Source: Planktothrix sp. GU0601_MAG3
GTDB taxonomy: Bacteria > Cyanobacteriota > Cyanobacteriia > Cyanobacteriales > Microcoleaceae
Length of the DNA: 64,000 bases
Reading direction: 5' to 3'
Assembly (NCBI GenBank): GCA_035193785.1
Contig: CP136572.1
Location: 1,908,578-1,972,577, forward strand
Shown: one piece after another, positions 1-13,580 of the stretch
Layout of the letters: each line of letters opens with the position of its first letter
Position numbering within the stretch: the stretch's first letter is position 1
The notes under the pieces: generated by a model
The model's input: the letters and a program-made list of their open reading frames with translations, nothing else
Databases searched by the model: none
Told to the model about the DNA's origin: nothing
Made by a program: the position numbers and the translations under genes

Positions 1-201
1 AATTATTTTTTTGCGATAAACTTTCTATTGATGATCAATTAAAATCATCCAAACCAAGAATATCATATTTTATCTGAGTGTTTAAAACTTCTTTGTATCT
101 TCGTGTCTTTGTGGTTAAATCAGGCTTTAACATTATAAACATAGCCACAAGAATAAAATAAGCTAGAATAGCAGAGGCAATGGGTTAGAAACTCCCGAAC
201 A

Positions 202-570
202 TCAACAATTTTTGCAATAGTTTTGTTTGTTTTTAAGCTGATTCATCCAGGCTTCATTTCCATAAATTCCGATCAATAAAGCCGGAATACTTAAATCTGC
301 ATCAAGTTTTTCCCAATGTAATCCTGCACCGGAGGGAGTAATTTCAACTTCTGCTAAATCTTCAGGAGAAGCATCTGCTAACCCCTGAGCAATTTCTGGG
401 GGAAAACTAAAAGAAACACCATATTTTAAATCAATAGTAATTTTTCCAATTTGCCAATCATAATAAGCAGATTCTGCCCTCGGTTCAAAGGTATTAGCAA
501 TCAACGCTGCTTGTCGTGCGTTTTTAATTTCTTCCTCTAAAGTTTGCTGATCAAAAATTAGATTATCCAT
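202..570 (-). CDS. DUF2442-family protein (putative antitoxin partner of DUF4160)
   Basis: 122 aa with the motif 'LADASPEDLAEVEITPSGAGLHWEKLDADLSIPALL' typical of DUF2442; overlaps the upstream DUF4160 ORF by 8 nt. Confidence 0.8.
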   Translation of the reverse strand: MDNLIFDQQTLEEEIKNARQAALIANTFEPRAESAYYDWQIGKITIDLKYGVSFSFPPEIAQGLADASPEDLAEVEITPSGAGLHWEKLDADLSIPALLIGIYGNEAWMNQLKNKQNYCKNC

Positions 571-814
571 GAATTGTTCTCCAAGCCGTAATTAATTTTA
601 ACTGATGAGTTGCAACAATTTTTAAGGCTTTTACAACCTCTGTATTACTAATATCACCATAAACTTGAGATAAAGAAGGAGGTTCTGTCTCACTGCCTAG
701 TTTAATAATCACTTGCCCTCCTCCCTTAATAACATGAACGTGGGAAGGCAAATGATCATTAGGATAAATAATAACATTAAAACCATCTTCTCGGTGAACC
801 GTTGGCATGGGCAA
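563..814 (-). CDS. DUF4160-family protein (putative toxin)
   Basis: 'MPTVHREDGFNVIIYPNDHLPSHVHV...W..IHG' matches the DUF4160 pattern; lies directly upstream of the DUF2442 gene. Confidence 0.8.
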   Translation of the reverse strand: MPMPTVHREDGFNVIIYPNDHLPSHVHVIKGGGQVIIKLGSETEPPSLSQVYGDISNTEVVKALKIVATHQLKLITAWRTIHG

Positions 815-1086
815 TACAACTAAAATTTGCTAGGATTAGAAGACTAATCTTTTAAATCTTCCCAGGAAACTCCTTCGTTTTGTTGATATTCTAATTTTGC
901 TTATTAAAAGGCTTCTAAATCTATTTGATTTTATCATAAAACTTAAAAACCGGGTTGATTCTTAAATATCTCAGGGTCAAACTTCTACTTTTTACTACAA
1001 ACCCAGTTTCTGCACACAACTCCTGCTGATGTGAAAATTTCGTGTAAAATTGTAAAATAACCCTTGCTCCCTATAATTAACATCCT

Positions 1087-4000
1087 ATGAAAAGCGCATT
1101 TTTAGACCGTCTGCATAGTCCTGAACGTCCCGTTATCGTGTTTGATGGGGGAATGGGAACTAACCTACAAACCCAAAATCTCACCGCCGAAGACTTTGGC
1201 GGAAAAGATTATGAGGGATGTAATGAATATTTGGTTTATACAAAACCTGAAGCCGTAGCTAACGTCCATCGCGGCTTTTTAGAAGCGGGTGCAGATGTCA
1301 TTGAAACCGATACCTTTGGCGCCACTTCTATTGTTTTAGCCGAATATGATTTAGCTGATAAAGCTTATGATTTAAACAAAACCGCCGCCGAATTAGCAAA
1401 AAGCTTAACCACCCAATATTCTACACCCGAAAAACCTCGATTTGTTGCAGGTTCAATTGGGCCAGGAACCAAACTTCCTACCCTCGGACATATTGATTTT
1501 GACAGCTTACATCATGCTTTTGCAGAACAAGCGGAGGGATTATTTGATGGGGGCGTGGATTTATTCATCGTTGAAACTTGCCAAGATGTGCTACAAATTA
1601 AAGCCGCATTAAACGGTATTGAAGACGTTTTCACTAAAAAAGGTGAACGTCGTCCGATTATGGTTTCCGTAACCATGGAAGCCTTTGGAACCATGTTAGT
1701 CGGGTCAGAAATGAGCGCGGCATTAACAATTTTAGCCCCCTATAAAATTGATATTTTAGGTTTAAATTGTGCCACTGGCCCCGATTTAATGAAAGAACAT
1801 ATTCGTTATTTATCGGAACATTCCCCCTTTATTGTTTCCTGTATTCCTAATGCGGGTTTACCGGAAAATGTCGGGGGTAAAGCCCATTATAAACTGACGC
1901 CACTGGAACTAAAAATGGCGTTAATGCACTTCGTTGAAGATTTGGGAGTTCAGGTGATTGGCGGCTGTTGTGGAACCCGTTACGAGCATATTCAAGCCCT
2001 AGCTGAAATCTCCCAAACCCTGAAACCGAAACAACGGGAACCCCAATTTATTCCTTCGGCGGCTTCAATTTATAGTCCCCAAACTTATGAACAGGAAAAC
2101 TCCTTTTTAATTATTGGTGAACGTCTGAACGCCAGTGGGTCTAAAAAATGCCGGGATTTACTCAATGCAGAGGACTGGGATGGGTTAGTTTCCCTAGCAA
2201 AATCCCAGATAAAAGAAGGGGCGCAAATTTTAGATGTGAACGTCGATTATGTTGGGCGAGATGGCGTGCGAGATATGAAAGAATTGGTGTCTCGCGTCGT
2301 TACTAATGTTAATTTACCATTGATGTTAGACTCGACGGAATGGCAAAAAATGGAAGCGGGGTTAAAGGTATCTGGGGGGAAATGTTTACTCAATTCTACT
2401 AACTATGAAGATGGGGAAGAACGCTTTTATAAAGTCTTAGAAATTGCCAAAAGATATGGTGCTGCTATTGTGGTGGGAAACCATTGACGAAGAAGGCATG
2501 GGAAGAACCGCCGAGAAGAAATTTGAAATTGCTAAACGGGCTTATGATGCAGCAATTAATTATGGTATTCCTGCATACGAAATCTTTTTTGATCCCTTGG
2601 CATTACCGATTTCTACGGGTATTGAAGAAGACCGAAATAATGGTAAAGCCACGATAGATTCTATTCGTCAAATTCGTCAAGAATTGCCGGGATGTCATAT
2701 TGTTTTAGGGGTTTCTAATATTTCCTTTGGTTTAAATCCGGTGGCGCGGCAAGTGTTAAATTCGGTGTTCCTGCATGAAGCTATGCAAGTGGGGTTAGAT
2801 GCCGCTATTGTTAGTGCAAATAAGATTTTACCCCTAGCTAAAATTGACCCCGAACATCAAGAGGTTTGTCGGAAATTAATTTATGACCAGCGAGGATTTG
2901 ATGGAGATGTTTGTACCTATGACCCGTTAGGAGAACTCACCAATTTATTTCAGGGTAAAACTACAAAACGAGATCGTTCTGGAGATATTAACCTGCCGAT
3001 AGAAGAACGGTTAAAACGTCATATTATTGACGGAGAAAGGATTGGATTAGATGATGCTTTAGCCGTAGGTTTAAAACAATATCCACCCCTAGAGATTATT
3101 AATAATATTCTCTTGGATGGGATGAAAGTTGTGGGAGAATTGTTCGGGTCTGGGCAAATGCAGCTACCTTTTGTATTACAATCTGCCCAAACTATGAAAG
3201 CCGCCGTTGCCTATTTAGAACCCTATATGGAGAAGTCAGAAACGGGGAATAATGGCAAAGGAACCTTTATCATTGCCACCGTGAAAGGAGATGTGCATGA
3301 TATTGGTAAAAATTTAGTCGATATTATTTTATCAAATAACGGCTATCGGGTGATTAATTTAGGGATTAAACAACCCGTGGAAAATATTATCAATGCCTAC
3401 AAAGAACACGGCGCGGACTGTATTGCCATGAGTGGATTATTGGTTAAATCCACCGCCTTTATGAAGGACAATTTGGAAGCATTCAACAAAGAAAGTATTA
3501 AAGTTCCGGTGATTTTAGGTGGGGCGGCTTTAACCCCAAAATTTGTCTATGAGGATTGCCAAAATGTCTATCAAGGTCAAGTTATTTATGGAAAAGATGC
3601 CTTTTCTGACTTGAATTTTATGGATAAGTTAATGCCCGCAAAAACCGCCGGAAAATGGGATGATTCCCAAGGATTTTTAGGGGAATATGCGGAAATTAAA
3701 AAAATCAAAGTCAAGTCGGAAACGGTTGAAAAGGCTTTAGAAAATCCTGAAGAAATTGTAATTGATACCCGACATTCTGAAGCCGTTGATGTTAATATTG
3801 ACCGTCCCACTCCTCCTTTCTGGGGAACGAAAATTTTACAACCCCAAGATATTCCTATCGAGGATATTTGGTGGTATTTAGATGTACAAGCATTAGTTGT
3901 AGGTCAATGGCAGTTTCGCAAACCCAGAGAACAATCAAAGGAAGAATATAGTCAATTTTTAGCTGAAAAGGTTTATCCGGTTTTAGACGAATGGAAAACC

Positions 4001-4607
4001 AAAATTTTGGCAGAAAATTTATTACATCCCACGGTAATTTATGGATATTTCCCCTGTCAATCTGAGGGTAATTCTCTATTGATTTTTGACCCAGAAAATC
4101 ATCAAAAACAGGTGGCTTGTTTTGAGTTTCCTCGACAAAAATCACGAAAACGTTTGTGTATTGCGGACTTTTTTGCTTCTAAAGAAAGTGGCAAAATTGA
4201 TGTTTTTCCGATGCAGGCGGTAACTGTTGGGGAAATTGCTACGGAATACGCTCAAAAATTGTTTGCTGAAAATGACTATAAGAATTATTTGTATTTCCAT
4301 GGAATGGCGGTACAAACGGCTGAAGCGTTAGCGGAATGGACTCACGCCAAAATTCGTCGGGAGTTGGGATTTGGAAGTGAAGAACCGGATAATGTGCGGG
4401 ATGTTTTAGCCCAACGCCATCGGGGTTTCTCGCTATAGTTTTGGATATCCGGCTTGTCCGAATATTCAAGACCAATATAAACAGGTGGAGTTGTTACAAA
4501 CTGACCGAATTAAGATGTTTATGGATGAAAGTGAACAAATTTATCCAGAACAATCTACAACGGCGTTTATTACCTATCATCCTGTTTCTAAATACTTCAA
4601 TCTTTAA
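1087..4607 (+). CDS. metH: Cobalamin-dependent methionine synthase (~1172 aa after repairing two +1 insertions at ~2478 and ~4426)
   Basis: Homocysteine-binding domain (GLNC, GGCCGT), pterin-binding domain ([12 protein letters not shown]), B12-binding '[11 protein letters not shown]' and, after repair, the activation domain '[13 protein letters not shown]...PEQSTTA'; stop TAA at 4605-4607. Confidence 0.95.
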
Positions 4608-4762
4608 GGTTTTTTGTCCTCGTTGAATCAAATTTAGGTGTGATCAAAACCTGGTTTCTCAAAGAGACCGGGTTTTTGGGTATACATGATTTTGGTGTAC
4701 TATTCTCAATTATGAGATGAATATTATATGAAAGATTAAGCCCTGAAGGGCTTACTACGGGT

Positions 4763-5605
4763 TTAGTTTTTGAGGCGTTTTCCTTCTCCTTGAATCCGTA
4801 AATATTCCCCAAATAATGCTAGGAATCCAGAGGCTAAAATTAGGATGACACTCAGGGCATTAATATCGGGTTTGACTCCGGTTCTAATTCGACTAAATAT
4901 TTCCATTGGTAAGGTATTTGCCCCACTTCCGGCGGTGAAACTGGCGATTAAAAAATCATCCATACTTAACACAAAAGCCAGTAAACAACCTGATATAATC
5001 CCGGGCATTAATTGGGGTAATAATACTTGAATAAAAGCCTCTATGGGAGTTGCTCCTAAGTCTAAGGCGGCTTCTTCTAAATGGGGGTCTAAATCGGCTA
5101 AACGGGTGGAAACCACTAAGGCAACGTAGGCTAAACAAAAGACAACATGGGCCGATACAATTGTCCATAAACTCAGGGGAATGGCAACGGCGGCTAAAAA
5201 TACTAGGGTTGCCACCGCCATCGCAATATCAGGAATAATTAATGGTAAATAGGAGGCTCCTTGATATAATCCCTTTCCTGGGAAATTATAACGGGCTAAT
5301 CCTACGGCCATTAATGTACCAATAATGGCGGCAATTCCTACCGCACAAATTCCCACGATTAAACTATTGTTTAAAGCGGTTAAAATTCTGCTATCTTGGA
5401 ATAATTTGACATACCATTCTAAGGTAAATCCTTCCCATCCCGCACTATATCGAGATTTGTTAAAACTAAAAAATGTTAATACAAAAATCGGCAGGTACAT
5501 ATAAAAAAACATCAAACCGACAAAAACTACCTGCCAAGAAATTCTAAACTTTGGTTTAGCAGCCATATCAAGGATCTCCTCCGGTTGTTGTGGGATTTCT
5601 TCCAT
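4763..5605 (-). CDS. potC: Spermidine/putrescine ABC transporter permease PotC
   Basis: 'LEEAALDLGA' EAA loop, multiple TM segments, last gene of a potDBC run. Confidence 0.85.
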   Translation of the reverse strand: MEEIPQQPEEILDMAAKPKFRISWQVVFVGLMFFYMYLPIFVLTFFSFNKSRYSAGWEGFTLEWYVKLFQDSRILTALNNSLIVGICAVGIAAIIGTLMAVGLARYNFPGKGLYQGASYLPLIIPDIAMAVATLVFLAAVAIPLSLWTIVSAHVVFCLAYVALVVSTRLADLDPHLEEAALDLGATPIEAFIQVLLPQLMPGIISGCLLAFVLSMDDFLIASFTAGSGANTLPMEIFSRIRTGVKPDINALSVILILASGFLALFGEYLRIQGEGKRLKN

Positions 5606-5628
5606 AAATTTTTCCTAATTTGTTTTAA

Positions 5629-6541
5629 TTAACGAGACGGTTTAGCATCTCCGTATTTAATTAAAAGTGCGATCGCAATACTCACCCCCAAAATTAATAC
5701 CATACTCAGGGCTGAAACCAAAGCCCCAATTTTGAGTTGATCCTAAAAATTGGTTATAAATTAATCGGGAAACCGTCATACTAGAGGCACCTCCTAATAG
5801 TTCGGGATCGACAAAATCTCCCATGGAACTAATAAAAACTAGCAGAGATCCGGCGGCAATTCCGGGCAAAGTTTGGGGGACGGTGACTTTCCAAAAGGTT
5901 TCTACTGGTCGCGCTCCTAGGTCGGCGGAGGCTTCTAATAATCGGCGATCTAATTTTTCTAAAGAGGCGTATAAAACCGTGACCATATAGGGTAAATAAC
6001 TATAGGCCATGCCAATTAAAACCGCCGGAGTTCGATTTAATAGTTCTAAGGCGGGTAATCCAATTAATCCTAAGATAGAGTTTAATACTCCCGTTGGTCT
6101 TAATATGGTAATCCAAGCATAGGTTCTTAATAAAGAAGATGTCCACAGGGGTAAAATAAAGGCTAATAATATTATATTTCGCCACTTTTTAGGGGCTAAT
6201 TGAGCAATCCAATAGGCAACGGGAAATCCTAATAGTAGACAAATTGTGGTGGTGCCAAAGGCATAAAATAGCGATCGCCCAATCACTAATAAATTAATCG
6301 CTTCAAATACCCTTAAATAATTATCAATCCCATTGGGAATTACCAAATCTCCAGGGCGAATATCCTTAACTAAACTTAGTTGAAAAATCAATAAAGTTGG
6401 TAGGATTAATAATAGTAATAACCATACACCCGATGGCCCCAAAAGTGCTAGGGGGCCAAGGAGTTGAGAACCGAGTTGTCGCCAGCCTTTTTTGATTGGG
6501 GGTGGAGAAGATGTCGTGGGAGTTTTGGGTGAAATAGTCAT
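5629..6541 (-). CDS. potB: Spermidine/putrescine ABC transporter permease PotB (~303 aa; +1 insertion at ~5715)
   Basis: 'ILPLWTSSLLRTYAW' and 'LLEASADLGA'; the repaired C-terminus reads NWGFGSALSMVLILGVSIAIALLIKYGDAKPSR*. Confidence 0.85.
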
Positions 6542-6549
6542 ACGGAAGG

Positions 6550-6581
6550 GAATTACGAATTACGAATTACGAATTACGAAT
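6550..6581. repeat. Heptamer short tandem repeat (AATTACG)x4, STRR type
   Basis: gaattacgaattacgaattacgaattacgaat; the same unit occurs inverted at 11512-11543. Confidence 0.9.
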
Positions 6582-6680
6582 GGGGAAAAAAATCATTTTT
6601 CTCTGAGAGTTTGACCCGGGTTGAATATTCTAATTACCTTAACAATTGCTATAGATTGGTTAAGGGTTAGCAGTTAACAA

Positions 6681-7809
6681 TTAACTGGTTAACTGTGTCC
6701 AATACCGTTCATAAATTTCATTATATTTACCAAGGTCATGAATCATTTCACTCCGAGCCAGGATTGATTCTGGAGGAAATAAAGTCGGATCATTTCTCAA
6801 AACATCCGGCAATTTTTCGTATGCTAATCTCGAAGGAGTGGCAAATTTTAGCCGTTTAACTAAGGTTGCTGCCACATCAGGTCGCAACATGAAATCAATC
6901 CATTTATAAGCACCTTCGGGGTTGGGAGCACTTTTAGGAATCACCATTGTATCAATCCATAAAGATGATCCACTATAGGGAGTAATATATCTTAAATCTT
7001 CATTTTCTTCCCTAATTTCTGCCGCATCGGAGGAATAACACATCGCCATTGATAAGTCCCCTACAATCATTTGAGGTCGCCAAGAATCCGTGGTAAAAGA
7101 AGCGATTGTTGGCCGTAATTTAACTAATTGTTCATAGGCTTGTCGAATTTGATTGGGGTCGGTAGAATTATAGGAATAGCCTAACATTCTTAATGAGGCT
7201 CCCATGACTTCCCGCACATCATTAAGTAATGTGATTCGCTTTGATAATTTATCTTTATGTTCCCAGATATAACTCCAATCTTGCGGGGGAGTTTCTAATT
7301 TAGAGGGATTAAAAATTAACCCCGTTGTTTCCCCAACTAATCGGAACACTATGAAGACCGCCGGGGTCATAAATCGGGTTTTGAAATTGTGGAAATAAAT
7401 CCTCTAATCCCAGTAATAAAGAGTGATCGAGTGCGGCCAATAGACCTATTTCGATCATTTTCTCTACCATATATCCCGAAGGATAGATGACACTATAGGC
7501 TCCGGCTCCTCCGGCTTGGAGTCGGGCTAACATGGCTTCATTGGAATCGAAGACATCAGCCACAACTTTTAACCCAGTTTCCTCTCTAAAATGATCTAAC
7601 AAATCTTGATCCGTGTAGCCAGACCAAGTGTAAATGTACAAGGTATCAGAGGAAATCTGAGTATTTGGGGTGGTTTTGACCTCAGCTAATGTCCAACCAC
7701 AGCTTGACAGGGATGATGCTACCATCGCAGCAACGGAAGTTTGCAAAAACTGACGTCGTGTTCGAGCCACCCTAAAATTCCGATGTTTTTGTGGATAAGT
7801 CGGAGACAC
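6681..7809 (-). CDS. potD: Polyamine ABC transporter substrate-binding lipoprotein PotD (~375 aa; +1 insertion at ~7329)
   Basis: Tat-like 'TRRQFLQ', lipobox 'LSSC', 'LYIYTWSGY', 'FDSNEAMLARL' and repaired 'SWGTTGLIFN'. Confidence 0.85.
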
Positions 7810-8021
7810 TGTTTTTTCTCAGTGGAAGTTTAACAAATCAAACAATTGATTTAATTTTCCCATAGGATCGGGAAAAAATTCACAGAAATTGAGAATTAGA
7901 TCCCGCAACCGGGCTAACTCATAAAACCAATTAACCGAGTTTCTGAATTTTAGCTAGGAGATAAAACCTAGACTTGAACTTCAGAAACCCGTTTTCTCAA
8001 TATAAAAATTGAGTTTTTCAG

Positions 8022-9588
8022 CTATGGGGTCACGCTTGATAGTTGACGCAGACTTTCTACTTGTTGTTCTTTAAGCTGCTGTTCAATTTGATCCTTAACA
8101 ATTTGGCGATATTCATAGAAATGTTCCACCTGTCCACAAACCACCAAATAATGGTCTAAAACCCGAGGTTTGTGTCGTAAAATATTCCATAAATATCGCC
8201 AGAACGTCCAACGAGTTTCCCGCATAACTCCTTGATACCAACATAAAATAAACAGCGCTCGCATAGTTTTCCAATCCACTAATTTCCGTCCAATGGAATT
8301 AGTTTTTGGTTCTCCGATCATCATAAAATGACGATAGGTTCGATCTAAATACCGTTGTGGATCGTACAATTCATAAAATCCATTCACATATTCCAGGGCG
8401 ATTTCTTCAATCGGTCGAGTGGGTAGAAAATTCATTAAGGTGGTTTGATTAGCATTCCCGGTTTCCTCAATTAATCGCCCTTCTTTGTTTAAACGATGCC
8501 AAAGGGCGGTATTAGGTAAAACTTGCAACATACTAAACATAGCAATCGGAATTGTGGTTTGTTCTACAAACCGCACAATCCGATCACCCGCGCCTTTTTC
8601 TTCCCCATCAAAACCAATAATAAATCCCGCCATTACCCGTAACCCCGAACGGATAATTTTTTCCACGGAATCACTCAAAGAAACCGCGAGTATTTTGGAA
8701 TTTTTTAGTTAAATTTAGACTATCTTCATCGGGGGTTTCAATCCCTAAAAATACAGCCCTAAAATTACATTCAACCATCAAATCCATTAATTCTTGATCC
8801 TGAGCTAAATCAATGGAAGCCTCCGTGGTTAAACGGAAAGGATAATTATTATCCTTCATCCAAACTTTTAATTCATGCAGCAACAGCTTAACATTGCGTT
8901 TATTGCCAATAAAATTATCATCAACTAAGAAAACACCCTGACTAAAATTCAACTCTTTTAACCGATCTAATTCCGCTAAAAGTTGAGCCGGGGTTTTGGT
9001 TCGGGATTTGCGTCCATATAATACAATAATATCGCAAAACTCACACTGAAATGGACAGCCCCGGGAGTATTGCAAAGAAATCATATCATAGGCTTCTTTC
9101 TCCAATAAATCAAAGCGTGGGATAGGAGAAGTGGTAACATCGGGTTTGTCCCCTTCTATGCGAAAAACCCCTTTTTCATCTCCCCTTTCTATGGCTTCTA
9201 CTAATAACGGTAAGGTGATTTCTCCTTCATCTAAAACTAAATAATCCGCCCCAGCAATTTCTGCTGCTTGGGGTGTGGAGGTGGGATAGGGGCCACCAAC
9301 AGACACTTTTTTGCCCCGTCGTTTCGCCTCGCGAATTTGCTCCAAAAAATCATCTTTTTGGACAATCATTGCTGAAACCATCACCAATTCTGCCCAATTC
9401 CATTCCGCTTCGGTGATGTCTCGAACATTACGGTCTACTAATTTAAACTCCCACTCTTGAGGTAAAATAGCCGCTACCGTAATTAACCCCAAGGGCGGCA
9501 GTAAAGCTTTACGGTTGACTAGGGCAAGGGCTTTTTCAAATGACCAGAAACTTTGGGGGAAAATGGGATAAATTAAAAGAACACGCAT
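8022..9588 (-). CDS. B12-binding radical SAM protein with DUF4070-like C-terminus (HpnP-like class B methylase family; ~521 aa, +1 insertion at ~8682)
   Basis: N-terminal B12-binding region ('PPLGLITVAA', 'VGGPYPT'), 'SRGCPFQCEFCDI' CxxxCxxC motif, 'VDDNFIGN' and 'GFIIGFD'. Confidence 0.85.
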
Positions 9589-9653
9589 TATAATTAACCC
9601 TGTAAAAGATCAGACTCCTAAGTTTAAAAACTCTATGAAAATCAATGATTTTC

Positions 9654-11437
<1,784 letters not shown>

Positions 11438-11511
11438 GAATCACTCCTCCATCACCCTAAAACTTTAGCATCCCAAGTTAACAGAATCCTGTTTTAAGTT
11501 GCCCATTACCC

Positions 11512-11543
11512 ATTCGTAATTCGTAATTCGTAATTCGTAATTC
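11512..11543. repeat. Heptamer STRR (ATTCGTA)x4
   Basis: attcgtaattcgtaattcgtaattcgtaatt, the reverse complement of the 6550 repeat. Confidence 0.9.
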
Positions 11544-11551
11544 CCCATTCC

Positions 11552-13349
11552 CTACTCCCTCTGCCCCAACTCGCCCGCTATAAAACTAGCACGACAGGCA
11601 TGGCGTTGAATTTTACCACTGGAGGTTTTAGGCAAGGTTCCAGGCTTTAGCAACACCGTTTGATAAACTTGTAAATCATGGTTTTGAGACACGGCGCGAC
11701 GGATGGACTGAAGAACCCCCTGTTTTGGGGAGGTTTTTGCGGCACCATTATTCTGATCCCAGGTGCGAATTTGTTGCCAATATTGACGTTCTACTTCTAC
11801 CGCTATCACTAACCGCTCTTCTCCCGACCTATCAACAGAAAATCCAGCGACTCCACTGGGTCGAATTAGGGGGTGACTTTGTTCGACTGTCCATTCAATA
11901 TCTTGGGGATAGTGGTTACGACCATTAATAATAATAATATCTTTAATTCTTCCGGTAATAAATAGTTCCTGATGGTCTAAAAATCCTAAATCTCCAGTCC
12001 TTAAAAATGGCCCTTCTCCCGTTGTTAAATAGGCATTAAACAGCCTTTCAGTTTCCTGGGGTTTATTCCAATATCCCTGTCCTATACTCGGCCCAGAAAC
12101 CCAAATTTCTCCGACTTTTCCTTGTTCACAAATATTCAAGGTTTCAGGATTGACAATTAATAGTTTTTGATCTAATAAACATTGACCACAACCGACTAAT
12201 ATTTTTTGATTAGCAGTTAAATTAACAGCCACTTCATCAACTTCTAAAATCCGATGATTTTCTAAAGCAATATCATCAACGGTTTTAAAAATTGGCGGGG
12301 CTGTTTTTAAGCCTCCACTAATAATTAAAGTAGCTTCAGCCATACCATAACAGGGATAAAAAGCCTCTTGCCTAAACCCATATTGAGCAAAGGTTTGAGT
12401 AAATCGTTCTAAGACTTTATGATAAATCGGTTCGGCTCCATTAAAAGCCACTTCCCAACTACTTAAATCTAAATTTTCTAATTTTAGGGGTGAACTTGTC
12501 CCGGCTTTTCCTAATACTTTTTTTACACATAAATCATAGGCAAAATTCGGCCCGCCACTGGTAGTTGCCCGATATCTGGAAATAGTTTGTAACCAACGTA
12601 ACGGATTTTGCACAAACATTAAAGGAGACATTAAAATTACCGGAAATCCCCCAAATAAAGGTTCTAAAACCCCACCAATTAATCCCATATCGTGATAAGG
12701 AGGCAACCAAATCACCCCCGTACTTTCAGAAGAATGACCAAAATAATTATAAATTGCGGTTAAATTGTGTAATAAATTCTGATGGGAAATCATCACCCCT
12801 TTGGGGGTTGACGTAGAACCGGAAGTATATTGTAAAAAGGCAAGAGTTTGACCATCAATAGGGTGAGGTTGCCAATTTTTTTCAATTTCATAATCTAGGG
12901 TATCCGTTGCTAACCAGTTTAACGGCGCAATATCAGACATTTGTGGAAAAAATCGTTCCAAACTCGATAATGTGGCTTCAGTGGTTAAGGCAACAGTCGC
13001 ATTTGTATCAGCAATAATAGCCTGTAAACGGGGAAGTGATCGATCTGGTTTAGGAGGATAGGCGGGAAACTGCAATGACTCCGGCATATAAACAACCAAA
13101 AAACGCGCTAATATAGTCTAACCCTGGTTGATACAATAATAAAACTCGATTTTGAGGTTGACAAATGGATTGTAATTTAGAAGCAATTGTTCTGGCTTTT
13201 TGGTTTAATTGTTGATAGGTTAAAGTAACGGTTTCGGTTTCTCCATCAACTAAAAAAGTATAGGCTATTTTATTGGGTTGGTAGGTTGCCCGATATTGTA
13301 ATAGTTCTGTTAAGGTTGTCCATTGCCAGAAATTTAATTGCTCAGTCAT
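11552..13349 (-). CDS. Fatty acyl-AMP ligase (FAAL) 1 (~598 aa; +1 insertion at ~13068)
   Basis: 'AFLQYTSGSTSTPKGV', 'WLPPYHDMGLIG', 'PCYGMAEATL', 'RTGDLGF' and 'PKTSSGKIQR'; repaired 'GVIAVPAYPP'. Confidence 0.92.
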
Positions 13350-13580
13350 GTAAAAAATTGGGTAAGGTTTTGTTATCTATATTTAACCACAAAGACACAA
13401 AGACACAAACAAGTTGTAAACGGGCAAGGATTGATCATTCCTAGACTTAATTTTGTTAACCATTTTTACAGGTTTTTAGCTTTTTGTTGTGTTCAAAATT
13501 CCTGAGCAAAAGGGAACAGGGAACACCGGATCTGGGTAGAGGATTTGTAATTAATTTTGTTTGGGTACTTATATGGTTTT

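Noticed and set aside
815..1086. Cobalamin riboswitch upstream of metH (two B12 enzymes lie within 10 kb)
   Set aside because: No recognisable B12-box or riboswitch structure in this AT-rich spacer; the proximity is probably coincidental.
8022..9588. Calling the radical SAM gene hpnP
   Set aside because: The family includes many non-HpnP paralogues and cannot be resolved without a phylogeny.
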